Source: Isurus oxyrinchus
Taxonomy: Eukaryota
Reading direction: 5' to 3'
Assembly (NCBI GenBank): GCA_026770705.1
Contig: JANJGN010000189.1
Coordinates: 310,001 to 374,000, forward strand
Length of the DNA stretch: 64,000 nucleotides
In this document: positions 46,601-56,869 of the stretch, piece after piece
Position numbering within the stretch: the stretch's first letter is position 1
Layout of the letters: each line of letters begins with the position of its first letter
Notes under the pieces: model-generated
Told to the model about the DNA's origin: nothing
The model's database searches: none
Seen by the model: the letters and a program-made list of their open reading frames with translations, nothing else
Position numbers and translations under genes: made by a program

Positions 46601-49600
46601 ACCCCTCCACTGCTCCATGTTCATTCTCTGCCACACACTGATAGTCTCCAGTGTCCCTGGATGTAACGTGAGGAATCACCAACCACAGCTCATTGTTGGA
46701 ACTTGTTCTGTTCATTGGGACATTAAGATGTCGCCACGTCAGGTTAGAAGCTGGGAAGCTCTCGACAGAGCAGATTATCACTGCAGAATTCCCCTCAATT
46801 ATATTGATCGATGAAGCGTTAATCATATCAAGAGAAGTAATTGAGAGATTCTGTGGTGCATCTAAAAATATATAAAGATTTTAATGTGAGCAAACACAGT
46901 GCACAGCAAAACTTCCTGTATCTTCTCGCTGTAACTGATGCCTGTGTGCATTTCTAGGCACCCTCTCTCAAGATAAGTTCCTATGTCACATTTACAATGG
47001 GCACTGCCTATGTAAACTGTCACACTGCAGGAGCATTCTCCCACCAGAGACCCTGCCCATCCAGATTTAAAGAAACAGCCTTTCACATCCTCAGAATGTC
47101 CCCAAGGGCTTGACAGGCAATGAATTATATTTGATCGATGGAGCACTGAGGGGTAAATCTACAATTCTCTGTTCAGGAGGTTGCTCATCCAATTCAGGGT
47201 CTTGTTGATCTGGAGTTTACCTTCCTTCAGCACAGAATCGGAGCTGACACCGAGACTCCAGTGCAGCACTGAGAGAGGAGAGGGAACTCATGTGTGTATG
47301 TGTGTGTGTGTGTTTGTGTTTCTGTACAAGTGAGTGTGTTTGTGTGTGTGTATGTGTGTGTGTGTGTGTTTGTGTTTCTGCACAAGTGATTNNNNNNNNN
47401 NNNNNNNNNNNNNNNNNNNNNNNNNNNNNNNNNNNNNNNNNNNNNNNNNNNNNNNNNNNNNNNNNNNNNNNNNNNNNNNNNNNNNNNNNNNNNNNNNNNN
47501 NNNNNNNNNNNNNNNNNNNNNNNNNNNNNNNNNNNNNNNNNNNATGTGCGTGCTTACGTGTGTGTGTGTGTGTGTGCATGTGTGTGTGCGTGTGTGTGTT
47601 GTGTGTGTGCACGTGTGCGTGTGAATGTGCGTGCTTACATGTGTGTGTGTGTCTGTTGGTGTGTGTCTGGTCTGTGTAACCTGTAAACCTAACCCTTCCA
47701 CACTGATGGTCACAAACATCCCCCACTACCAACAAATTTATCTCAGTAAGGAACATGGCACTGCCAACCTCGTCAATACCATCTTCTAAACAGGGGATTG
47801 GGTAGGAATCTGGTTTTATTGCTGCATTAACCTTGCTGTAATCTATGCAGAATCTGGTTGGAAATGAAATACCTGCTCCTTTTTACCTCCCTCCCTACGA
47901 TGGTATCGTTTTAACATATTGATGTGTCACAGCCGATTCTTTATTCTACAATCTGGGGTGTCTATCAAATAATTTACTTGACCAACCCTCCTAATTACCT
48001 TGTAGGGACCACTGAACTGCGCTTTCAGAGGCTCCCCCTGCCAAGGCAATGATACTAACAAGTCATCCCCCTGGTTGAGATGTTCGGGTCACAGCTTGCC
48101 TGTCTGCCCCATTCCTTCATCTCTGTTTGAGAAACTATAAGATGTTCTTGTGCCACTTTGGAGGCTCCCATGAGCCGTTCCTGAAACATGGACATATCAT
48201 CTGAAATAGAGGATTCATCCCTCTGTCCGGAATATCTTTCTTTGATGTATTTCAGACAGCCTCTTATCTCGTGTCCATAAGTTATTCCAAAAAGACTAAA
48301 ACCTACCGATTCAGTTGGTGAATCTTGTGTGGGAAATACAAGAAAATCCAGTCCTTTGTCCCAGTCATGGGGAGTTCATGACAATAGCTTCAATCATTGT
48401 TTTGAGGGTTTGTTGGTCCCTCTCTAAAGATCCCTGTGTCTATGGATGATATGCTGCGGACTTTAACTGTTTTATACCCAAATTACTCATTATGTTCGGA
48501 AAATTTTAAGACATAGAGATGGAACCTTGATCTGACTGGATCTCCAGCGGTAATCCATAATGGGTAAAAAAATTGGGTTAACTTCCCTATTCCTACTTTA
48601 GCTGTAATTGTTCCTAAAGGGATGGTCTCTGGAAATCGATTTGTCATATCCATCATAGTAAGGCCATACTGGAGTCTGGCTTTCATTTTCGATAATGGTC
48701 TAACACAGTCCACTAATGCTCGTATCCAATGATAACGGACAATTAGCTCACTGGAGGAGGGGAATCCACAAATATCCCCATCCTCAATGAAGGGGGAGCC
48801 CAGCACATCAGGGCAAAAGATAAGGCTGAAGCATTTGCTACAACAATTATCCATTTCTGTCTGGCGTAAAAATAAGTCAGGAAATGGTGCTCAACCAGGG
48901 CTTACAAAAGAAATTAGGGATAGTATTAGATCCAGAGAGGAGACATAAAATTGCCAGGGGAAGCAGCAATGCTGAGGATTGGGAGCAGTTTAGAATTCAG
49001 CAAAAGTGGACAAAAAGATTGATCAAGAAGGGGAAAATGGAACATGGGAGTAAACTTGCAGGGAACGTAAAAACCGACTGTAAAAGCTTCTATAAATATG
49101 TGAAGAGAGAAAGATTAGCAGTGACCGATGTAGGTTCCTTGCAGTCAGAAAGGGGGGAAATTCTAATGAGAAACAAAGAAATGGCAGAAGAACTGAACAT
49201 ATATTTTGGTTCTGTCTTCACAAAAGAGGACACAAATAATTTCCCAGGAATGTTAGGGAACCAAGTGTCTAGTGAGAGGGAGGAATTGAAGATAATCAGG
49301 ATTAGTTTTAAAAAATGAATCTGGAGAGATTAATGGGTTAAAGGTTGAACAGTCCCCAGGGCCTGAAAATCTACATCCCAGAGACTAACGGAAGTGACCC
49401 TGGAAATATTGGAAGCACTGGTGGTCATCCTCCAAAATTCTATAGGCTCTGGAGCAGTTCCTATAGATTGGAGAGTGGCAATTGTAACCCCACTATTTAA
49501 AATAGAAGGGAGAGAAAAATCAGAGAATTACAGACCAGTTAGTCTAACATCAGTCATGGGGAAAATGCTAGAGCCTATTATATAAGGTGTGCTAATGGAA

Positions 49601-52600
49601 CGCTTGGAAAGCTTTAATGGGATTCGACAAAATCAGCATGGGTTAATGAAAGGAAAATCATGGTTAACTAATCTATTGGAGATTTTGAAGATGTAACGAG
49701 TAGAATAGATAAGGGATAACCAGTGGATGTGGTGTATTTAGACTTCAAGAAGGCTTTTGATAAGGTCCTACATGAGGCTAGTGCGCAACATTAAAGCCCA
49801 TGGGATTGCGGGTAATTTACTGGCATGGATTGAGAATTGGTCGATAGACAGGAAACAGAGGGTCAGAATAAATTAGTCTTTATCTGAGTGGCAGGCGGTG
49901 ACTAGTGGTATACCACAGGGATCCGTGCTTGGGACCTAACTATTCATGATATATATAAATGACTTGGGTGAGGGAGCCAAGTGCAATATTTCCAGGTTTT
50001 CTGATGACACAACGCTGGGTAAGGGTGTGAGCTGTGAGGAGGATGCAAAGAGGCTTCAAGGCGATTTAGACAAGTTGTGTGTGTGGGCAAACACATGGCA
50101 GATGATGTGGATGAATGTGACATTGTAGGCTTTGGTGTGAAAAACAGAAAGGCAGAGTATTATTTAAATGGTGATATATTGCGAAATGTGGATGTACAAA
50201 GGGATCTGGGTGTCCTTGTGCACTAGCCAATGAAAGTAAACAGGCAGGTGCAGCAAGTAATTCGGAAGGCAAATGGTATGTTGGCCTTCATTGCAAGAGG
50301 ATTTGTGTTCAGGAGTAGGGATGTCTCACTGCAGTTATACAAGGTCTTGGTGAGACTGCACATGGGGTACTACGTGCCGTTTTGGTCTCCCTCCCTAAAA
50401 AAGGATAGACTTGCCGTCGAGAGAGCGCAGAGAAGGTTCTCTAGGCTGATACCAGGGGCGGCAGGACTGTCGTATGAGGAGAATTGGTACGACTGGGTCT
50501 GTATTCACTAGAGTTTAGAAGAATGAGAGGAGACCTGAATAAACGTAAGAAATTCTAACAGAGATAGACAGACTGGATGGAGGGAGGATGCATCCCTTGG
50601 TTGGGGAGTCTAAAACCAAGGGCGACAATCTCAGGATACAGGACAGGCCATTTTGGACTGAGATAGGGAAACATTTCTTCACTCAGAGGGTGGTCAATCT
50701 GTGGAATTCTCCATCACAGAGGCTGTGGAGGCCGGGTCACTGAGTGTATTCAAGAAAGAAACTGATAAATATTTTGATATTAGGGGCATCAAAGGGTACG
50801 GAGAGAAAGCGGGAATAAGGCTTTGAGATAGAGGGTCAGCCTTGATCATATTGAATGGCGGAGAAGGCTTGAAGGGCTGAATGTCCTAATCGTGCTCCTA
50901 GTTTCTATGTACCTAGGTATCTATAGAACTATCTCTCTCCGTGTTCTATTCTCATGTGACCTTGAGTAATTAATGATAAATACTATCTATTTACATTGTT
51001 AATATTAAACTTTTATACTACATCTCCCCCAAAATCTTTGACATCAATGAAGACAATATTTATATTATCCTATATTGTCTTTTAAGTTCAACCTTGGCCC
51101 CCTCTGCCTTATCAGGTAGGCATAAACAATCCCAAGGCTTAATACAGGAAGAGCTCTCCCTGGTCAATATCACTAATAAAAAAGGACCTGTTTTGTCTTC
51201 AACCCAGTGATGTTTGTGGGATCTTGCTCTGCACATTGTATCCTATTACAGCTAATATAGAATCAAGGGTGTCAGTACTTACCTTGTACAGTTAGTACAA
51301 GGGTCCGCTCCGATGAAACAGATGGATATCTCACTCTGCAGCAGAGAGTGTGTCCGTGGTGTTTGAGTGATGGGGTCAGGGTCAGAACAGAAGTATAGGT
51401 CAGAGTGACACCATGCTGAGTTACAGTGTTTGAGACTGATCCAGGTACGTCAGTGGGAGTGTCCCAGGTTAAGACAGGTGCAGCTGTTCCATTGCACGTT
51501 GTGTTGAAGGTGCAGCTTACATCCACACGCTTTCCTGCAATAATTTCAGCAGGGAATATCGTGGGTTTATCTGTGAAATCTAACAGACAGAGAATGGATC
51601 CTTTTAGAGAAATATAATGTGAAGCATCAGTTCAGATAGAAACCACAGTCCCACAAGAGAAAGCACTTTTACAAGGATGATATGAGAACTGAGAGGTTAC
51701 AATGATCAGGAAAGATTTTCTTGCTCTTTGGCAGTAGTGTTTCTGTCTCTCAGCTTAATACACGTTCACTCCGAGACATGTGAATTGAGAATACTGGATG
51801 AGAGAAGAGGCTGAGACCAGAGATTGGAGTTAAAAGCAGAATACTGTGGATGCTGGAAATCTGAAACAAAAACAAAAATTGCTGGAAAGACTCAGCAGGT
51901 CTGACAGTATCAGTGGAGAGGAAGACAGGGTTAACGTTTCGAGTCCGTATGACTCTTCATCAGACCAGAGGTTTGAGTTCACTGGCTTCTCATTTCCTCA
52001 GTGATCTGGGTGATTTATTACATTGTGGTTTGTTGGATCTTGCTGTGCACAAACTGCCTGCTGTGTTTTACATCTGTGACTACAATTCAGGAATAATTTC
52101 ATTGGCTGTGAAGGGATTTGGATCCTCCTGAGGTGGTAAATTGCGCTGCAGAAATGCACATCTTTCTTTTATCGATACGTCAGACTTTTAAACAGGACAG
52201 GAGAGATTGATGGGAGTGGTAACCTGATAATACAGTTAATGCTTTTCATCATTGATATTAAAGTGAGTATTAGACGTTGCTTTAGGACTGAACTGGAAGC
52301 TATCACCAGGTTATTGAGAATCAGACAGTGTGTTATAATAAGCTGTGTTTTGTGTTAATATGTAAATGTCACAGTTTGTGTTATTTCCCATTGAGTGTTG
52401 AATGTGAATTGTTGAGTAATTATAACACAGCACTTACCAGAAACGTGAAGCTGGGTTACAGGATAGTAGTTGTAACTATTACTGCTGTCAAATTCTATTC
52501 TGAAAAAATAAGGTCCTGCATCTTCCCGTCTGATGTTGTTTATAATCAGGGAACAGTCGCCATCTTTCAGGTCTCCAGACAGCCGGGTCCGATGGCGGAA

Positions 52601-55600
52601 CCGTGGTAACTCGTGACTGTGATCCTTGGAGTGAAAGGCAATAGGAGCCCAGGGAATCTGTTTCTCATTATTAAACCAGACTCCACCTCGCGGTTGGTTT
52701 TCCAGACACGATGGATAACTGTAATGACAAGGAATCTGTACACACGAACCTTCCTGCGCTGTCACCTCTCGTGGAGTGTCACCTTTCCACTCTTGTGAGG
52801 GTTCAACTGGGGAGAGAAATCTCAATATTTAACTCTGGATGGTTTGTGGATCCACTAGACTCAACTTTACAGATGAGGCTGAATTGGGGGGATGGTTAAT
52901 ACTGAGGAGAATGGCAACAAATTATTTTGGCAGGATGAATAGAAAAACAGAATATTATTTAAATGGAGACAGGCTGCAGAATGCAGGACAGAGGGATCTG
53001 GGTGTCCTTGTACATGAATCACAGAAAGTCAGCATTCAGGAACACCACGGAATGAGGAAGGCAAGTGGAATGTTGGCCTTTATTGCAAAGGGATGGAGTA
53101 TAAAAGGAGGGAAGTCTTGCAACAGCTGCACAGGGTGAGATTGTATCAGGAGCAGTGTGTACAGTTCTGGTCTCCTTACTTAGGGAGGGATAGACTCTGC
53201 ATTGGAGGCAGTTCAGAGGAGGTTCACTGGGCTGATTCCTGGGATTAAAGGGTTTGTCCTGTGAGGAAATGGTGAGCAGGTTGGGCCTGTATCCATTGGA
53301 GTTTAGAAGAATGAGGGGTGACCTTATTGAAACATATCCGATTCCGAGGGGGCTTGACAGGGTGGATGCTGGGAGGATGTTTGCCCCTCGTGGGGGAATC
53401 TAGAACCAGGGAGCACAGTTTCGGAATGAGGACTCTCCCATTTAAGACTGAGATGAGGAGGAATTTCCTCTCTCAGAGGGGCGCTAGCCTGTGGAATTCT
53501 CTTCCCCAGAGAGCAGTGGAGGCTGGGCCATTGAATAGACTCAAGGCTGAGTGAGGCAGGTTTTTGATCGACAAGGGAGTCAAGGGTTTGGGGGACAGGC
53601 AGGAAAATGGAGTTAAGGCCACAACCAGATCTGCGAGAGTAGGCTCGGGGGGCCGAATGGCCTGCTCCTGTCCCTATTTCTTATGTTCCTACATTCTTAC
53701 CTTCTTGAAATATTAAAGCTGCAGAATAAACATGCAAGTGACTGACCTGCTCGACCCACCTTCCATCTGGGTGTCCCATGGGGAGGACCCTTCCTGAGCC
53801 AGATCCACCAGCCAACATGGTCTGGATCTGAGCACAGGAGACACGGGGGGGTGTGACTAACAGGCTCCTTGTGACAGGCCCCGTCTGTCCAATGGCTGGC
53901 TTTCAGCTGCCAAGGCCAGAGTGGTCCTTGCTAAAACCGGCTCAGGACAGGTCAGGACACCTGTGCAGACCCCCTCCAGCGCTGCAGCCTCTGTACAAAC
54001 CCCTCATGCGCTTGTGGAGAGACACAAACAAGGCTGCACATTACCGAGGAGAATCCCCTCTACGGACTAAGGGGCTGACTCATCACCTTAAACTCAGCAA
54101 ATGAGGAGGCTCTCACTCGGTATCGGGACTTGGCATTCACTCAATAAAAATAATCAAATGACATTTTGGTCAGAAATCTAAGGAGGTTGTACATTCCCTC
54201 AAAAATAAGACTCAAGCTGGGGTCGAGGGTCAAAGGGCAACAACTTATATTTACACAACAACTTGAACATGACAAATCACCCCAAGGTGCTACACAGGAG
54301 CGTCATAAAACAAAGTATGTCACCCAGACACATGTGGAGATATTAGCGACAGCTGGCCAGAAGAGGACGGTGTTATGGAGAATCTTCAAAGAGGGATGAA
54401 ATGGATAGAGAGAGAGAGAGAGAGGGACGGAGAGGGGTTGAGGGAGGGTATTACAGAGCTTGGGCCCCAGGCAGCTGAAGGCACGGCCGCCGATGTTGGA
54501 GTGATGGGACCGGGGGATGGTCAAGAGGCTGGAATTGGAGGAGAGCAGAGACCTCAGAGGGTTGGAGGGGCTGGAGGAGGTTACAGAGATAGGGAGGGTT
54601 GTAGTGATTGGAGGAGTTACAGAGATAGGGAGGGTTGTAGAGGCTGGAAAATTGAAGAGAGATTGGGAGAGTGTAGGGTATGGAGGAGTTTGCAGAGCTA
54701 GAGAGGTTTGTAGTGGCTGGAGGAGGTTGCAGAGATTGGTAGGTTTGTTGGGCAGGATGATTTTACAGATATAGGGAAGCGGTGGAGGCTTGAAGAGGTT
54801 ACAGAGAATGGGATGGTTGTAGGTACTGGAGGAGGATGAGGAGATTACAGGGATAATGAGGAAACAAAGATGAAAATTGTGACATTGAGACTTTGCTTGA
54901 CCAGGAGCCAGTCTCGGTCATCGAGCAGAGCGGGTGATGAGGGAACGGGACTTGGTGTGAGTAAGGACGTGGTCAGCAGTTTTGGATGGCCTCAAGTTTA
55001 TGGAGTGTAGAGCGTGTTGTTGGAACAGTCGAGTCTGGAGGTAATGAAGGCGTGGATGAGGGTTTCAGCAGCAGATGAGCTGAGACAGGGTGATGTCGTG
55101 CGATGTTACGGAGGTGGAAATAGACGGTGTTAGTGAGGGCGCAGATGTGAGGCCGGAAGCTCATCTCAGGATCAAATGGGACAACAAAGCTGTGAACAGA
55201 TTGGCTTCAATCTCAGAGAGCTGCCAGGGAGAGGAATGGAGTTGGTAGCGAGGGAACAGAGTTTGGAGTGGGGAATGAAGACAATGGCTTCAGTCTTTCC
55301 AATATTTAATTGGAGGGAATTTCTGCCCATCCAGTACTGGATGTCGGATAAGCAGCCTGATAATTTAGCAGCAGTGGAGGAGTCGAGAGAGGTGGTGGTG
55401 AGGTAGAGCTGGGGATCCTCAGTGGACAGGTGAAAACTAACAGTGTTCAGATGATGCTGCAAAGCCATTGCAAGTGATTCTCTGGCTACGATGAGATGGA
55501 TAAGAATGGAGCCAGGGGAGAGCAGTCCCACCCAGCTGGACAACAGTGGAGAGGTGTTGGAGGAGGATGGTGTGGTCGAGCATGTCAAAGGCTGCAGACA

Positions 55601-56466
55601 GATCGAGAAGGACGAGGAGGGAAAGTTGACCTTTGTCACAGTCACACAGGATGCCATTTGTGACCTTGATAAGAGCTGTTTCAGCACAGTGGCTGGGGTG
55701 GGAACCTGATTGGAGGGATTCAAACATGGAGTTCCGGGAAAGATGGGAACGGATTCGGGAGATGGAAACACGTTCAAGGACTTTGCAGGGGAAAGAGAGG
55801 CTGGAGATGGGACGGGGGTTTACACGGACAGTGTGAGGGGTGGAAGGTGTAGTGGGGAGGAGACACTTCACTCAGGGGGGAGGTGTCATCACCCCTCAGC
55901 TCGGTTTACGTTACAGCTATGATGTGGATTCAATCACACACAATAAGCTCATGGATCTGGGAGCAGAAATAGACAAATCATTAAAAATAGTGACGCTGGT
56001 TAACACGGCCAAAAAACAAGCAAATCAAACACTATTATTTCCCATTGAGTGTTGAATGTGAATTGTTGAGTAATTATAACACAGCACTTACCAGAAACGT
56101 GAAGCTGGGTTTCAGGACGGTCGTTGTATCTATTCCTGTTGTCAAATTCTAGGCTGAATAAATAATATCCTGCATCTTCCCGTCTGACATTGTTTATAAT
56201 CAGGGAACAGTCACCATCTTTCAGGTCTCCAGACAGCCGGGTCCGATGGTGGAACCTTATTAACTTGCGATTGTGATTCTTGGAGTGAAAGGCTATAGAC
56301 CGTTCATTCCATGTTTCCCAATTCCTTCTCATATACCAGAATCCGACTGGTGATCTCGCTACTAAATATGATGGATAACTGTAATTACATGGAATCTGTA
56401 CACACGAACCTTCCTGCGCTGTCACCTCTCCTGGAGTGTTGACTTTCCACACTTGTGATAGTCCAA
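37411..56466 (-). CDS. Gene C: Siglec-like (CD33-related/MAG-like) inhibitory receptor, (V)-V-C2-C2-C2-TM-ITIM-ITSM; leader exon not found in window
   Basis: Exons 56092-56466, 52438-52806, 51283-51579, 46580-46861, 44294-44587, 42911-43007, 42107-42188 or 39220-39301, 37411-37659; all open and phase compatible. Confidence 0.8.
39220..39301 (-). CDS. Gene C middle cytoplasmic exon, distal copy
   Basis: 82 nt, phase 2 to 0, RKTAMEERVSGTRDIALTPSSLCVKHQ; ttgcag and gtacag sites. Confidence 0.8.
40491..40739 (-). CDS. Gene C proximal terminal exon with premature stop at the ITIM tyrosine codon
   Basis: 249-nt paralogue of 37411-37659; TAC>TAG at 40587-40589; downstream TEYAQI still recognisable; AATAAA (minus) at 39919-39924. 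Confidence 0.8.
42107..42188 (-). CDS. Gene C middle cytoplasmic exon, proximal copy
   Basis: 82 nt, phase 2 to 0, RKTAMEERVSGTSDIALSPSSLSVKHQ. Confidence 0.85.
42911..43007 (-). CDS. Gene C TM exon GRDSSKWTVGLFTAGIMLSVFLAGIFIFICVRK
   Basis: tttttacag acceptor, gtaagt donor, uncharged helix. Confidence 0.92.
43540..43945 (+). repeat. 37-bp AT-rich minisatellite (~11 units)
   Basis: TATGTAACATTTATATATAATATTTATCAATGTAATC in tandem. Confidence 0.9.
44294..44587 (-). CDS. Gene C membrane-proximal C2 exon (MAG D5 / CD33-related Siglec type)
   Basis: KPEISQQSEC..VTCVCVATSNPPGDLTW..SCSVQNPHG four-Cys pattern; 294 nt, phase 1-1. Confidence 0.9.
45190..46250 (+). mobile_element. Penelope-like element fragment
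   Basis: NIIYCIHCSQCGFLYIGDTKHRLGDRSDEH, a GIY-YIG endonuclease motif. Confidence 0.85.
46250..46560 (+). mobile_element. RTE-type LINE 3' fragment
   Basis: MLRISWMDRKTNE motif. Confidence 0.55.
46580..46861 (-). CDS. Gene C C2 exon shared with genes A and B
   Basis: 282 nt; 4 mismatches versus 13854-14135 by manual comparison. Confidence 0.92.
47715..48725 (-). mobile_element. Gypsy (Gmr1-type) pol remnant, integrase upstream of RT
   Basis: VDCVRPL..RFPETIPL..SAAYHP (integrase) at 48.7-48.4 kb precedes RFCIDYSKVNAAIKPDSYPIP (RT) at 47.86 kb. Confidence 0.75.
48880..50910 (+). mobile_element. CR1 LINE ORF2 fragment, degraded
   Basis: ENYRPVSLTSV, YINDL..FSDDT, LYKVLVRLH. Confidence 0.95.
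51283..51579 (-). CDS. Gene C Siglec domain-2 C2 exon
   Basis: FTDKPTI..SCTFNTTCNGTAAPVLTW..LTLTPSLKHHGHTLCC; 297 nt, phase 1-1. Confidence 0.92.
52438..52806 (-). CDS. Gene C V-set exon V1 (essential Arg present, YFFR)
   Basis: 369 nt, intact splice sites, Siglec Cys pattern. Confidence 0.93.
52862..53690 (+). mobile_element. CR1 3' fragment
   Basis: QRDLGVLVHESQK..FKTEMRRNFLSQR. Confidence 0.9.
54235..55850 (-). mobile_element. L2-type LINE fragment
   Basis: RPISSLSFPCKVLER, ETALIKVTN, LLVLLDLSAAFD, LQLNIGKTE. Confidence 0.88.
56092..56466 (-). CDS. Upstream V-set exon V2 (Arg replaced by Ser, YYLFS)
   Basis: 375 nt, intact ccgtag and gtaagt sites, open frame, paralogue of V1. Confidence 0.88.
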
Positions 56467-56869
56467 CTACGGAGAGAAATATCAATATTTAACTCTGAAT
56501 GTTTTCTCAATCCACTGTACTCAATATCCACCCCCTCCATCACTGGGGCACAGTGGCTGCAGTCTGGATAATCCACAGGTCACACAATGAATGCCCCAAG
56601 GTTTTACCACAGATCGAAGAGAATTCTGGACACAGGAGTGGACAAGTTCATTCTACATTGGCTCATGGCCCACAGGAACCTATTTAGTGAAGTCAGTCTG
56701 CCACCCAACACAGTGTCTACAAGACGCACTGATTGAAGTGAGTTCACTGCTGATTTACAATGTAGGACAATGGATTTGGAGCCTTCAGAATTCCCCCATT
56801 ATCACCATCATGAATCAGTAATTGGCCTAGCTGTCCTAGATCCTCAGTGTCTAAGGCAGTGGTTCCTAT

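Noticed and set aside
37411-56466. Assigning the symbols MAG, CD22, CD33 or SIGLEC1
   Set aside because: The domains are Siglec-like but mosaic and divergent; orthology cannot be established without phylogeny and synteny.
3400-56800. V(D)J-type rearranging locus (multiple V exons)
   Set aside because: The V exons are complete through strand G with their own splice donors and have the Siglec rather than the Ig/TCR Cys pattern. CACAGTG words (e.g. ~4155, ~27142, ~56709) lack a proper nonamer at 12/23 spacing.
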